Source: Macrostomum hystrix
Lineage: Eukaryota > Animalia > Platyhelminthes
DNA: 64,000 nt
Assembly: GCA_950097015.1 (NCBI GenBank)
Contig: CATNEN010000007.1
Span: forward strand, 11,594,001 to 11,658,000
Reading direction: 5' to 3'
Below the pieces are notes generated by a model, which saw only the letters and a list, made by a program, of their open reading frames with translations, was not told the origin of the DNA and did no database searches. Position numbers and translations under genes: made by a program. Shown piece after piece: positions 48,901 through 59,559 of this stretch. Within the stretch, counting starts at the first letter, position 1. Each line of letters opens with the position of its first letter.

Positions 48901-49556
48901 GACACTTGAAATTCTATTCCTCGGTTCCTAGGGGTCTATGAGAGAGGTGGCTAGAGAGAGGAGAGGACAGGGAGGAGAAGAGGGCGAGGAGTAGACAAGG
49001 AGGAGTAGACAGGGAGGAGTAGACAGGGAGGAGAGTACAGGGAGGAGAGGATAGGGAGGAGAGGACAGGGAGGAGAGGACAGGGAGGAGAGGACAGGGAC
49101 GAGAGGACAGGGACGAGAGGACAGGGAGGAGAGGACAGGGAGGAGAGGACAGGGAGGAGAGGACAGGGACGAGAGGACAGGGAGGAGTAGACAGGGAGGT
49201 TTAGACAGGTAGAAGGGAAGACGGGTAGAAAGGCATCACACCAATGTAAGTTCGGTACGGTGCCGTTGGGGAGAGAATTAAGTGAAGCCGTCAGGATCCA
49301 AGCCGTGACCACCCACCCACCAGCCCTGTACAGCGAGTACTTCGCCGAGCGCACGGACGCAGCCTTCTCAGCCTACCGGTTCTTCGAGTCAATGGGCTAC
49401 ATACTGGGCTTCTCCTACAACAAGCTGTTATGCACGGACCAGAAGCTGGGTGTGATGCTTGCCGCGGTGTCGGCCGGCTGCCTGCTGCTGGTGGGCAGCG
49501 CAGCCGTGGACCGGCGGATGCGGCAGCTGAAGGTGGGCGGCCTCAGTCAGCAGTGA
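45961..49556 (+). CDS. UNC93A: UNC-93-like MFS protein (UNC93A-like), 6 exons
   Basis: Exons 45961-46477, 47237-47397, 47887-48123, 48213-48348, 48752-48883, 49324-49556. Motifs KNLLALGLCFVLMFTSYQGLSAVQSSFN, GANFYPHW, GAPLW, IWGNLIS, DTVWNSQMNALY, AAFSAYRFFESMG. Confidence 0.92.
46497..47120. repeat. Compound gtgacagagatggg/aagtgaaagggg minisatellite in UNC93A intron 1
   Basis: Direct reading of the sequence. Confidence 0.93.
47490..47840. repeat. cagcc/aatcc-rich minisatellite in UNC93A intron 2
   Basis: Units such as cagtcagccaatcccaatcagccaagcc. Confidence 0.88.
48384..48715. repeat. 23-bp minisatellite in UNC93A intron 4
   Basis: Unit ggctgtcactgtctgtcgagcat. Confidence 0.92.
48955..49200. 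repeat. 14-bp purine minisatellite in UNC93A intron 5
   Basis: Unit gaggacagggagga. Confidence 0.9.
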
Positions 49557-49771
49557 GGCAACCCGGATCCCAAACTCAGCAATGACACCGCAGCCCGTTT
49601 TGCTTAAATGCTGTGATTCTCCAGGCATTTGCTTTTGCCTTGACTTGAACCTATTGCTGATTTGTGCTGCCAAGAACTGAACCTATTGGCCACTATTGGC
49701 CAGTTAAAAATGCAGGCCCAGCTAGTGAGTTGAAGTTTTCAGTCACCACATTTTTGTTCAAGAACGCAGCA

Positions 49772-50385
49772 ATGGACTAGGCTAGCAATCCATTCGATTC
49801 CATCACCCATGGACTAGGCTAGCAATCCATTCGATTCCATCACCAATGGACTAGGCTAGCAATCCATTCGATTCCATCACCCATGGACTAGGCTAGCAAT
49901 CCATTCGATTCCATCACCCATGGACTAGGCTAGCAATCCATTCGATTCCATCACCAATGGACTAGGCTAGCAATCCATTCGATTCCATCACCCATGGACT
50001 AGGCTAGCAATCCATTCGATTCCATCACCCATGGACTAGGCTAGCAATCCATTCGATTCCATCACCAATGGACTAGGCTAGCAATCCATTCGATTCCATC
50101 ACCAATGGACTAGGCTAGCAATCCATTCGATTCCATCACCCATGGACTAGGCTAGCAATCCATTCGATTCCATCACCCATGGACTAGGCTAGCAATCCAT
50201 TCGATTCCATCACCCATGGACTAGGCTAGCAATCCATTCGATTCCATCACCAATGGACTAGGCTAGCAATCCATTCGATTCCATCACCCATGGACTAGGC
50301 TAGCAATCCATTCGATTCCATCACCCATGGACTAGGCTAGCAATCCATTCGATTCCATCACCCATGGACTAGGCTAGCAATCCAT
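49772..50385. repeat. 37-bp minisatellite
   Basis: Unit atggactaggctagcaatccattcgattccatcaccm, ~16 copies. Confidence 0.96.
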
Positions 50386-50891
50386 GCGACTCACTTCATA
50401 ATTAAACTTTTTAAGCTTTAGAAGAGGCTTAAAGAAAATTTTGCCTAAAAAATTGCTTGACAAGAAAAAACAATATATTATAAGGTGTTCATGACTAATT
50501 TTTTCTGAAAAACAGAAGTGCGTAATACGCGGAGAGAGATTTCGCAGGCACTAACGCCATCTTTCGTGCAGATGCATTTAAGGCAAATGGAATTCGCGAA
50601 TAAAAATATTGGAACTAATAGACAAAGAAATACGAGATACGAAATACGTAAACAAAAACAAATTGGCGGTGAATAAATGAATGCAGCATGCTAAAAACTG
50701 ACAGAAAACACACCGGCGTAACAGAATGAAACATAACTGCAGATATAGAGAAAGGAGTGGCATATTGCGATAAATATTTTGCATTTGCCAATAATTCTGA
50801 GAGTAAACAGTCAGTATATTGCATAGAGTTAGCCCAACACTAGTAAGAATTTGTGCTTGCCTGCATGACAAGCAGAAATACTCTGATCCTA

Positions 50892-51802
50892 CTGACCCAT
50901 GTCATTACCCGTCTGACCCATGTCATTACCCGTCTGACCCATGTCATTACCCGTCTGACTCATGTCATTACCCGTCTGACTCATGTCATTACCCGTCTGA
51001 CTCATGTCATTACCCGTCTGACTCATGTCATTACCCGTCTGACTCATGTCATTACCCGTCTGACTCATGTCATTACCCGTCTGACCCATGTCATTACCCG
51101 TCTGACTCATGTCATTACCCGTCTGACCCATGTCATTACCCGTCTGACTCATGTCATTACCCGTCTGACTCATGTCATTACCCGTCTGACTCATGTCATT
51201 ACCCGTCTGACCCATGGCATTACTCGTACCTGTCTGACCCATGGCATTACCCGTCTGACCCATGGCATTACCTGTCTGACCCATGGCATTACCCGTCTGA
51301 CCCATGTCATTACCCGTCTGACTCATGTCATTACCCGTCTGACTCATGTCATTACCCGTCTGACTCATGTCATTACCCGTCTGACTCATGTCATTACCCG
51401 TCTGACTCATGTCATTACCCGTCTGACCCATGTCATTACCCGTCTGACTCATGTCATTACCCGTCTGACCCATGTCATTACCCGTCTGACTCATGTCATT
51501 ACCCGTCTGACTCATGTCATTACCCGTCTGACTCATGTCATTACCCGTCTGACCCATGGCATTACTCGTACCTGTCTGACCCATGGCATTACCCGTCTGA
51601 CCCATGGCATTACCTGTCTGACCCATGGCATTACCCGTCTGACCTATGTCATTACCCGTCTGAGCCATGTCATTACCCGTCTGACCCATGTCATTACCCG
51701 TCTGACTCATGTCATTACCTGTCTGACCCATGTCATTACCCGTCTGACTCATGTCATTACCCGTCTGACCCATGTCATACCTGTCTGACCCATGTCATTA
51801 CC
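50892..51802. repeat. 21-bp minisatellite with higher-order duplication
   Basis: Unit tgacycatgtcattacccgtc. The variant tactcgtacc recurs at ~51221 and ~51563. Confidence 0.96.
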
Positions 51803-52022
51803 TCTCTAACTTAAGTCATCACCATTAGAATATTAATCTGATAACTTACATTTGCCACTAGTACATAATGTAGAAACAGAAAAAATGGGAATAGCCAAAT
51901 TGATTGCAGAGTGAGATTACAAAATCAAGACAAGTTGGCCAAAACCTTGGATGAAAAAAAGACCACTGTTTCGCAGTTTTTGTTTTTTTTTACTTGTCTT
52001 AAGTTTTCTTCACTCAGCACTC

Positions 52023-53377
52023 TCAGCACTTTGCATCGCGAGGCGGCGCCGAGGCCTCCACATACGGCGGCGGTTGATCCCAGTAGGCGGGATTGAACGG
52101 CGGCTGCTGCTGGTTGGCGGAATGACCGGCCTGCTGTGGCGGGTAACCAGCCTGCTGCGGCGGGTAACCAGCCTGCTGCGGCGGGTAACCAGCCTGCTGT
52201 GGCGGGTAACCAGCCTGCTGAGGCGGGTAACCAGCCTGCTGAGGCGGGTAACCAGCCTGCTGTGGCGGGTAACCAGCCTGCTGAGGCGGGTAACCAGCCT
52301 GCTGAGGCGGGTAACCAGCCTGCTGAGGCGGGTAACCAGCCTGCTGTGGCGGGTAACCAGCCTGCTGTCGCGGGTAACCAGCCTGCTGTCGCGGGTAACC
52401 AGCCTGCTGTCGCGGGTAACCAGCCTGCTGAGGCGGGTAACCAGCCTGCTGAGGCGCATTAACAACGATGGTTGGCTGCTGCTGCTGGTACACCAGAAGA
52501 GTTTGACACTGCTGCGGTGGTGGCTGATTGGCCACGCAGCAGCAGGAGGCGCGGCAGGAGTACACAGTCTGCAGAATCGCCACGATGCCCTCGAAGACGG
52601 CCACAATGATGCTGAGAATGCCAAAGACTCCCACCTCGAGTATTATGGGCCTGGCAGGCCCAATAATAAGGCTGATTAAGGCGGCCAAGATGCTGAAAAC
52701 GATGCTGGTGATGACGCAGCAGAGGTTGCAGCCAGACACTGACGTGCCAACTAAGAAGCCAGTTATGCCAGACACAATGAAGAAGATGCCACCCAAGTAG
52801 TTAGCGGTGGAGGCATGGGTGGCATTGGCACTGCTTAACGCCTGAATGGCCACACCAATAGCAATTATAAATATGCCGAATGTGATCTGCAGGATGCCCA
52901 AGGTGCGCTGGCACTTGCAAACATTTGGCACCCAGTTGGCATTGCTTGCACCAATTGTGCTGGACACAGCCACTGCTGGTGCCGCAGCCTGGCCAATGAT
53001 TAACTGCTGCTGCTGCAACAATGGGTTGGATATTGTGCCATGATTCAGGGCCACAACAAACCTTTTATTTAGCTTCTTCCTAGCAACATAAAATAATTTT
53101 GGTATGAACATATTTTTCAGTTTTTTTTATTATGCATACTTTACTTACTTACTTACATTACTTACATGAAAAATATTAATACTTTATTAGAACAAAGTGC
53201 GTACATACTTATAAAACAGACATAAATAGTTTTTAGTAGAAAAAATACTTTAGGCCACTTAAAAAACTTAAAACCTGAATCAACTCTTGTCAATAGTACT
53301 TATTCTTACATTACACACTAATACATAGCAGAATTAGTCTACCACTGAATGAGAGCCAGATAGCTTACCTGGGCCAT
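52023..53377 (-). CDS. MS4A/CD20-like tetraspan membrane protein with PPQQAGY-repeat tail
   Basis: Four hydrophobic segments ([16 protein letters not shown]; [14 protein letters not shown]; [16 protein letters not shown]; [20 protein letters not shown]), ~16 heptads and PPPY. Likely start: micro-exon ATGGCCCAG/gtaagc (53377-53369) spliced to ~53012. The 5' end is less certain. Confidence 0.8.
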
Positions 53378-55464
53378 ATCAACCTTAAAGATCTTAATAG
53401 GCATAACAATAATAGCAAAAGCTCTGAGTACTAGTGTCAGTGCAAGCAAAACTTTATTATAGCTAAAATGTGATAAGGAAGCAGTCACACTTATTGTTTT
53501 ATATTTTTTAATAAAATGTTTCAAGTTGAAAATTTAAAGCTTACAAACATAGACTGTGGAAGTGCTATTACTTATATTTATTGGCAATAATATTGCCCCA
53601 ATAGACAAATAATACAATAGGCCTACTTACAACTTCTGGACTGTTAATTTCAATTAGAAATAAAAGTTATTAATTTAATGAAAATCGAATTCATCAAAAC
53701 AGCCAAGTCAAGCTAATATTAGCCATAAAAATACTATACTTGTTAAAAAAAAGAAGAAATGTAAAATTATAGTAGATGGGCAAATAGATGGCTAAAATAG
53801 AATATTGGATGAGTTCATGACATAATAGCTAGCCATGTGCAAAGCCTGAACCCAAATAAAAAAGAATATGAATATGAAATAAACAATTTCACTACAAATT
53901 AAAAAACCCTTCAGTTAATGATGCCATTGTTTACATTAAATAATAGAAAATAAAAATAAGAACATCTTGATAAAATCAGAGCAAATAACTATCATTGTTT
54001 AATAAATACTGGAAAAACTAGCTAATGTAAAGATAAAGTCAATATAGCTAAAATAAGCTAAACTCTAAAAACAAGAGAGAACAAATCTTGGTTTAAAATT
54101 AAATCATTTGCTTAGATTCACACATTTCATTAAGTATAAAAACTGTCGATTCTTAACAAGATAGATACTGTCTTGATTATTGATAAACATATAACTAGGT
54201 CTAGGCATAGCTAGTAGGCCTATATGCAATATAGGTAGGTAGGCCTAGCTATATATTTAAATTTATTTTATAAAGAAAGTATAAAGCTAAAATAAAGAAG
54301 CAGTAAGTTGGTCATACAATTATAACCAACTATTTTTTTATCATATATTGATAACAAATAGATGCATTCGATTAAACAGAGATTGTAAAATTCAAGTTAG
54401 TCACTAGTTAGCTTCATACTATAATTGCTGCATGATATAGTAACTAAAATAATATGAAGATCAATTATTCATGAAAAAAATCTTCATAAAATTCGTCTAA
54501 GCAACATATTTTGTAAGTTATATCAAAAGAAGAGCTTTGTATCTGCTTCCAATAAAAATTTATCAACATTTTAAAGTGAAAAAAGTGAAAAGTTCCTATC
54601 TCGCCAGTGTATTTTTCCGTAAAAATCTGGCTTTAATAAATTTTCTAAGAAGAGAAGTCTTTGTTCGGATGTCAAATTTGAGCGACTACGGCTACTGTAA
54701 ATTAAATGACAGAACTAGCAATCTCATGACCAGAATATACTAAAAAATATTAATTTATTATATTCATACAGCTTCTAATTTTCTACAATATTTCGACACT
54801 TATTCTGTTTAGCTTTTGTTTTAGTAAAGAGGTTAATAAAAACAAGAACTCGGAGGAGGTGACTTTGTCGTTGCCCTGGTTGACAAGGTGGATGACTTCA
54901 GCAAAGCAAGCATATTTTACAAAGACGATAGATGTCTCAGATGACTCTAATTTTGATTCAAAAAGAGATGCTTGAACATTAACTGCTAGAGCACTGTAGA
55001 CCGGATATGAAGCCTTTAAAAGCAAGATCTTCAGCCATCGATAGTGAGGCGACCAATTCCAAGTAAGGAGCCGATGTTGAAGGAAACTGGTCGATTAGAT
55101 AAAATGAGACAGACTGCTCTGTAATGCTCTTCAAATATCCAATTGGAATGCAAGCACTCTCTAATTAAAATAGTAATTAGTCGCAAAAATGATCCGCACT
55201 AAGAAAATCAGCATGCAATGCTCTCATCCAAGCGTGCTTGCTCACCTTCAAGGCGCGTTGAACAGTGTGCCTTACTGACCTTATCTGAAGCACAGGTCGC
55301 GATTTTAACTACAAGATCAATAAGCGCCCTGACTGTTAAGGGGCGGTAGGTAAAGTACTACAGGGAGGGGGTCGTGTCTGCAATTTCCCGAAATTAATTT
55401 TAAATTCTTTTTTGCGAAATTTATGAACTTACCATTTGTTTCCTTTAGAAAACCCATTAAATCT

Positions 55465-55605
55465 GCATGGCTTCACTTCACCCAGCTGTTGAATGGGTAC
55501 GAGCTTCGGCTGGGGTAATTGAGTGGGTGCGTCGTCCCCCAGTCCATAGACTAAAAAGAGACGTACGCAGCTTTCAGATGCGGCTGTGCTGTCGGCTGCA
55601 CATTG
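55465..55605 (+). mobile_element. CORE-type SINE, 5'-truncated
   Basis: cacccagctgttgaatgggtac...gctggggtaa...atgcggctgtgctgtcggctgcacat matches the copies at ~1100 and ~42900. Confidence 0.65.
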
Positions 55606-55867
55606 TCATATGTCATATGTCATTGTCAACAAGTGAGTCAAAATAAAGGAGATTTTACCATAGACAATTGACAATCAGGGTGCAATAATGCGCCAAAAAT
55701 GCACGCTGGCGGCTTTCAGCGTGCAATAATGCAACAACACAAACTTTATATTTTACGAAAAGCAAAAGTAGCAAATAGTTGAAAATTTTTAACGAGCTCT
55801 TTGTCTAGTAGTCAGTGCTCTAGTAGTAACTCGAAAACTCAGTAACTCACTCAGTACTCATCAGTAC

Positions 55868-56470
55868 TCACTGATCACCGAATTTGAAGTTGCAATTGCT
55901 AAAACTACCACTCAGATGAATATGTACTTGTAGCTCCGGTCGAACAGTATCGGCCGAAGATGCTTGAACGTCAACCTTGACATTTAATAGGCTCGAAAGC
56001 AGATTATAGACTAGACGGTGTGTAGAAGCTCCCATCTTGCTTTCTAAGAGTGGCATAGAAGAACTTCAGCTTTTCCGCAGCTCGTCCTCAGTGCAGGATC
56101 CAGCTTCAGAGCTTTCGAATTAGTACTCTCGAAGAAATACTTGGAAGCGGGCAATAGCCGATTCTTCTCGCTTTTCGGTAGAGATGACCTTGGTCTCCTC
56201 GTCCTGTCTGTCGACAATCGCTTGCAGTTCAGTTGTGGAACCTCCAACATCCGGAATTGATTCCGAGTCTTCACCCTCCACCAAGGGAATCAGATTGAAC
56301 AGTTCTTCCAGAGTAGGTAGGAGCGGCTCAACATCGAACATCGTCCGCTCGATCAACGCACTTCTGTCCATGAGCTCTACATGCTTCTCGATTTCCGCCG
56401 TAGTCAAGCCGGTTATGCAATTGTCCGGGAATTGAGACAGATGAATCATGCTTTCAAATGAACGCGCACT
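55868..56470 (-). pseudogene. Possible CARD-like coding remnant or small spliced gene
   Basis: ORFs 56569-56120 and 56056-55868 are in one frame, separated by two stops (56122-56120, 56068-56066). RSALIERTMFDVEPLLPTL resembles CARD helices 1-2. Confidence 0.35.
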
Positions 56471-56929
56471 GAGACGAACTAATATCGCGCTGTAGTGGAG
56501 AGAAAGATATTCCTTGCCTCCCTCAACCCTGTTCTTTGCAAATTGCCATAGACAAAAATGAATCGCCACTGTTGGCTAGTCAATATGACAATGTGATAGA
56601 GGGCTACGCGCACTCGTGGTCCTAGGCGTTGTTGCACTTGCAAGCCGTGTACTATCTTTCCATTAGACCACAATTGAGGCAGGTATATAAAATTTTTTTG
56701 TTTGAATAAATCTATTTTCCACAACTCAAAGTACACAAAAAAATCTGAGGCATAAGACCGACCAAAAATTTTTTTACAGAGCTGACTACTCCTAGTAGAT
56801 GCATTTGCGGCTTTTTTTAAGAAAACGACCATGAGGAAACTTTCTCGCGATTTTTCTATAGAACTTATTTTCATGTGTTCAAGAGAGGAAATTATAACAG
56901 AAACAAAAGAGGAAGGAATCGGATGAACA

Positions 56930-57890
56930 GAGAAGGGATTAAAGGGGATAGGAAGAGAAGAATGGAGAAATAGGAGAGGAGAGTATGGGAAAAATTGCAG
57001 AGAGGGGAGAGCATGGGAAGACTACAGAGAGGGGAGAGCATGGGAAGACTACAGAGAGGGGAGAGCATGGGAAGACTGCAGAGAGGGGAGAGCATGGGAA
57101 GACTGCAGAGAGGGGAGAGGATGGGAAGACTGCAGAGAGGAGAGCATGGGAAAACTGCAGAGAGGGGAGAGGATGGGAAGACTGCTGAGAAGGGAGGGGA
57201 GAGGATAGAAAGAATGCAGAGAGGGTAGAGGAGGTTAAGAAAGTACAAGAGAAAACGGGAGTAGAGGGGAAGAAGCAGAGAGGGGAGAGGAGGGGAAGAA
57301 GCTGAGAGGGTAGAGGAGGGGAAGAATGCACAAGAGGGAACGGGAGTAGAGGGGAAGAAGCAGAGAGGGGAGAGGAGGGGAAGAAGCAGAGACGGTAGAG
57401 GAGGGGAAGAAGCAGAGAGGGGAGAGGAGGGGAAGAAGCTGAGAGGGGAGAGGAGGGGAAGAATGCACAAGAGGGAACAGGAGTAGAGGGGAAGAAGCAG
57501 AGAGGGGAGAGGAGGGGAAGAAGCAGAGAGGGTAGAGGAGGGGAAGAATGCAGAGAGGGTAGAGGAGGGGAAGAATGCAGAGAGGGTAGAGGAGGGGAAG
57601 AATGCAGAGAGGGTAGAGGAGGGGAAGAAGCAGAGAGGGGAGAGGAGGGGAAGAAGCAGAGAGGGTAGAGGAGGGGAAGAAGCAGAGAGGGTAGAGGAGG
57701 GGAAGAATGCAGGGAGGGTAGAGGAGGGGAAGAAGCAGAGAGGGGAGAGGAGGGGAAGAAGCAGAGAGGGTAGAGGAGGGGAAGAAGCAGAGAGAGTAGA
57801 GGAGGGGAAGAATGCAGGGAGGGTAGAGGAGGGGAAGAATGCACAAGAGGGAACGGGAGTAGAGGGGAAGAAGCAGAGAGAGGAGAGGAG
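56930..57890. repeat. Purine-rich compound minisatellite (agagggtagaggaggggaagaagcag-type)
   Basis: Direct reading of the sequence. Confidence 0.92.
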
Positions 57891-59559
57891 TGCTGGATGT
57901 GGGCAGTGCATTGCAGGGAAAAGCAGCGAGGCAGCAGCGTGTTTAAAAATGTGCCAGAATTTGCAGAATCGAAGCCCTGTGGCTAGCACAGGGGCTGGCC
58001 TCATTTAGCAGTGCACGCAATCTTCTTTGGCATTGTAAACAATTCCGAGCAAAGAAACGCTTTTTTAAACAATGAGCAGCCCCACACGCTGTGGAATGCA
58101 ATTCTACAGAGAATCTATTCTATTTTACTTTGCATTGAAGTGTTCACGACAGGGCAGCAGAGACCTGTAGCAGAAGCGATGCTGGGTGAGCGCCGGCTTT
58201 GATAATACATTTAATGCAAAGCATTTCCAAGGTTACCTTCTCCCTGGCAACGTAGACAGTAAACCCTGCCATTATGGCCACTTCAGTAAGCGCAGAAAAG
58301 TGCAACTACAAACGGCGGGCTGGCCTGTCGTTCAAATCCATTCCGATTCTTAAATTGCGCCGGAAAATCAATATCTGCCCTCTCTGGCAATTAGTCACTG
58401 CAGACGACCGCTTCCTAAAATACTGTCGCTGAATCACTCTGAGGACAGCAGGGACTCGATCTGCTCTCTAAAAAGCTTCTGCTAGCAAATCCGCTTCCAC
58501 TCAACTGGCGTCTGAGACAGCTGGTGTGAAAAGGCATCAGTCTTTCTTAATCCTATTGCTGGCCTTTGTTTGTGAAAGCTTGCCAAGGCTTACAAGCGAT
58601 CGGCTTATAGCGAGTCGTACTTGTCTAGAACTAATCTCTCCCCCTACGCAGTCATCACTGGTAGGCGTGCTGCTGCGGGGGAATTCCATCTAGAAAGGCC
58701 ACCAGGCGCCGGCAAAATTCCACTACGCTCGCCATTGGCCCTTAACCTTAGCGACGAGCTATATTTAGAACTGGAAACCCCTATAGGTCTTCCGTACATG
58801 AAGTATCACAAAGTAGATCCCTTCGATAAACTATTGAATTTATTAGCTTTAACTGTATAGCAAAATGGCGTAAAGCAGTATATTATGTAATTAAAAAGAT
58901 TTACTAGCAATGCACAGAATTATTTGTTTCAAGACTTGCAATAAGCAAGCCAGCCCCCAGGTGCAAGAATACCAGTCTGTTGCCAATAGATTCGACCTAT
59001 AAATTCCATAGCTCGCCAAGAATTTTACGGCGACCTGTTCACGCAGCCTTTTCGTCGGTACCAAAGTGAGAGCGCGCCCGCCCGCTCAGTGGGCTCGAAG
59101 TCCTTCCTTCCTCCATCCGCTTCATTCGCTCATTGTTTCGGGGCAGCGCCTGCTGGCATGCGTTGCATCTGCTCGACCTCATCTCATTGAGCTCCCTCCA
59201 TTCGCCGTCATCAGGTAAGCAGTTTATGGCGAATTCCAAGTACTCTCAGTGCTGCTTGATAGTCTATGGCAAAAGCTTAAATATCGAAACGGAATCGCCG
59301 CGTGCCCTTAATTAACAAAAGTGCTCGTGCACTTATTAGCAGTCAGAGTGCATGCTGGCATTGCGCAATAAGTCTGACAGCCATGCACATCCGCAATGCG
59401 CTCCGCTTGCCAATGCCAAATTTCAGTTCGCGCCATTCAGTTCGAAGAATCAGCTGAGAAAAATGACGCCATTTATTCCCGACCGACACATTCTAGCTCT
59501 GTCATGTGAGTACAAACTCGATTTCTAAGCGACCATGTCCGGGTAGCCACGAGTGCCAG

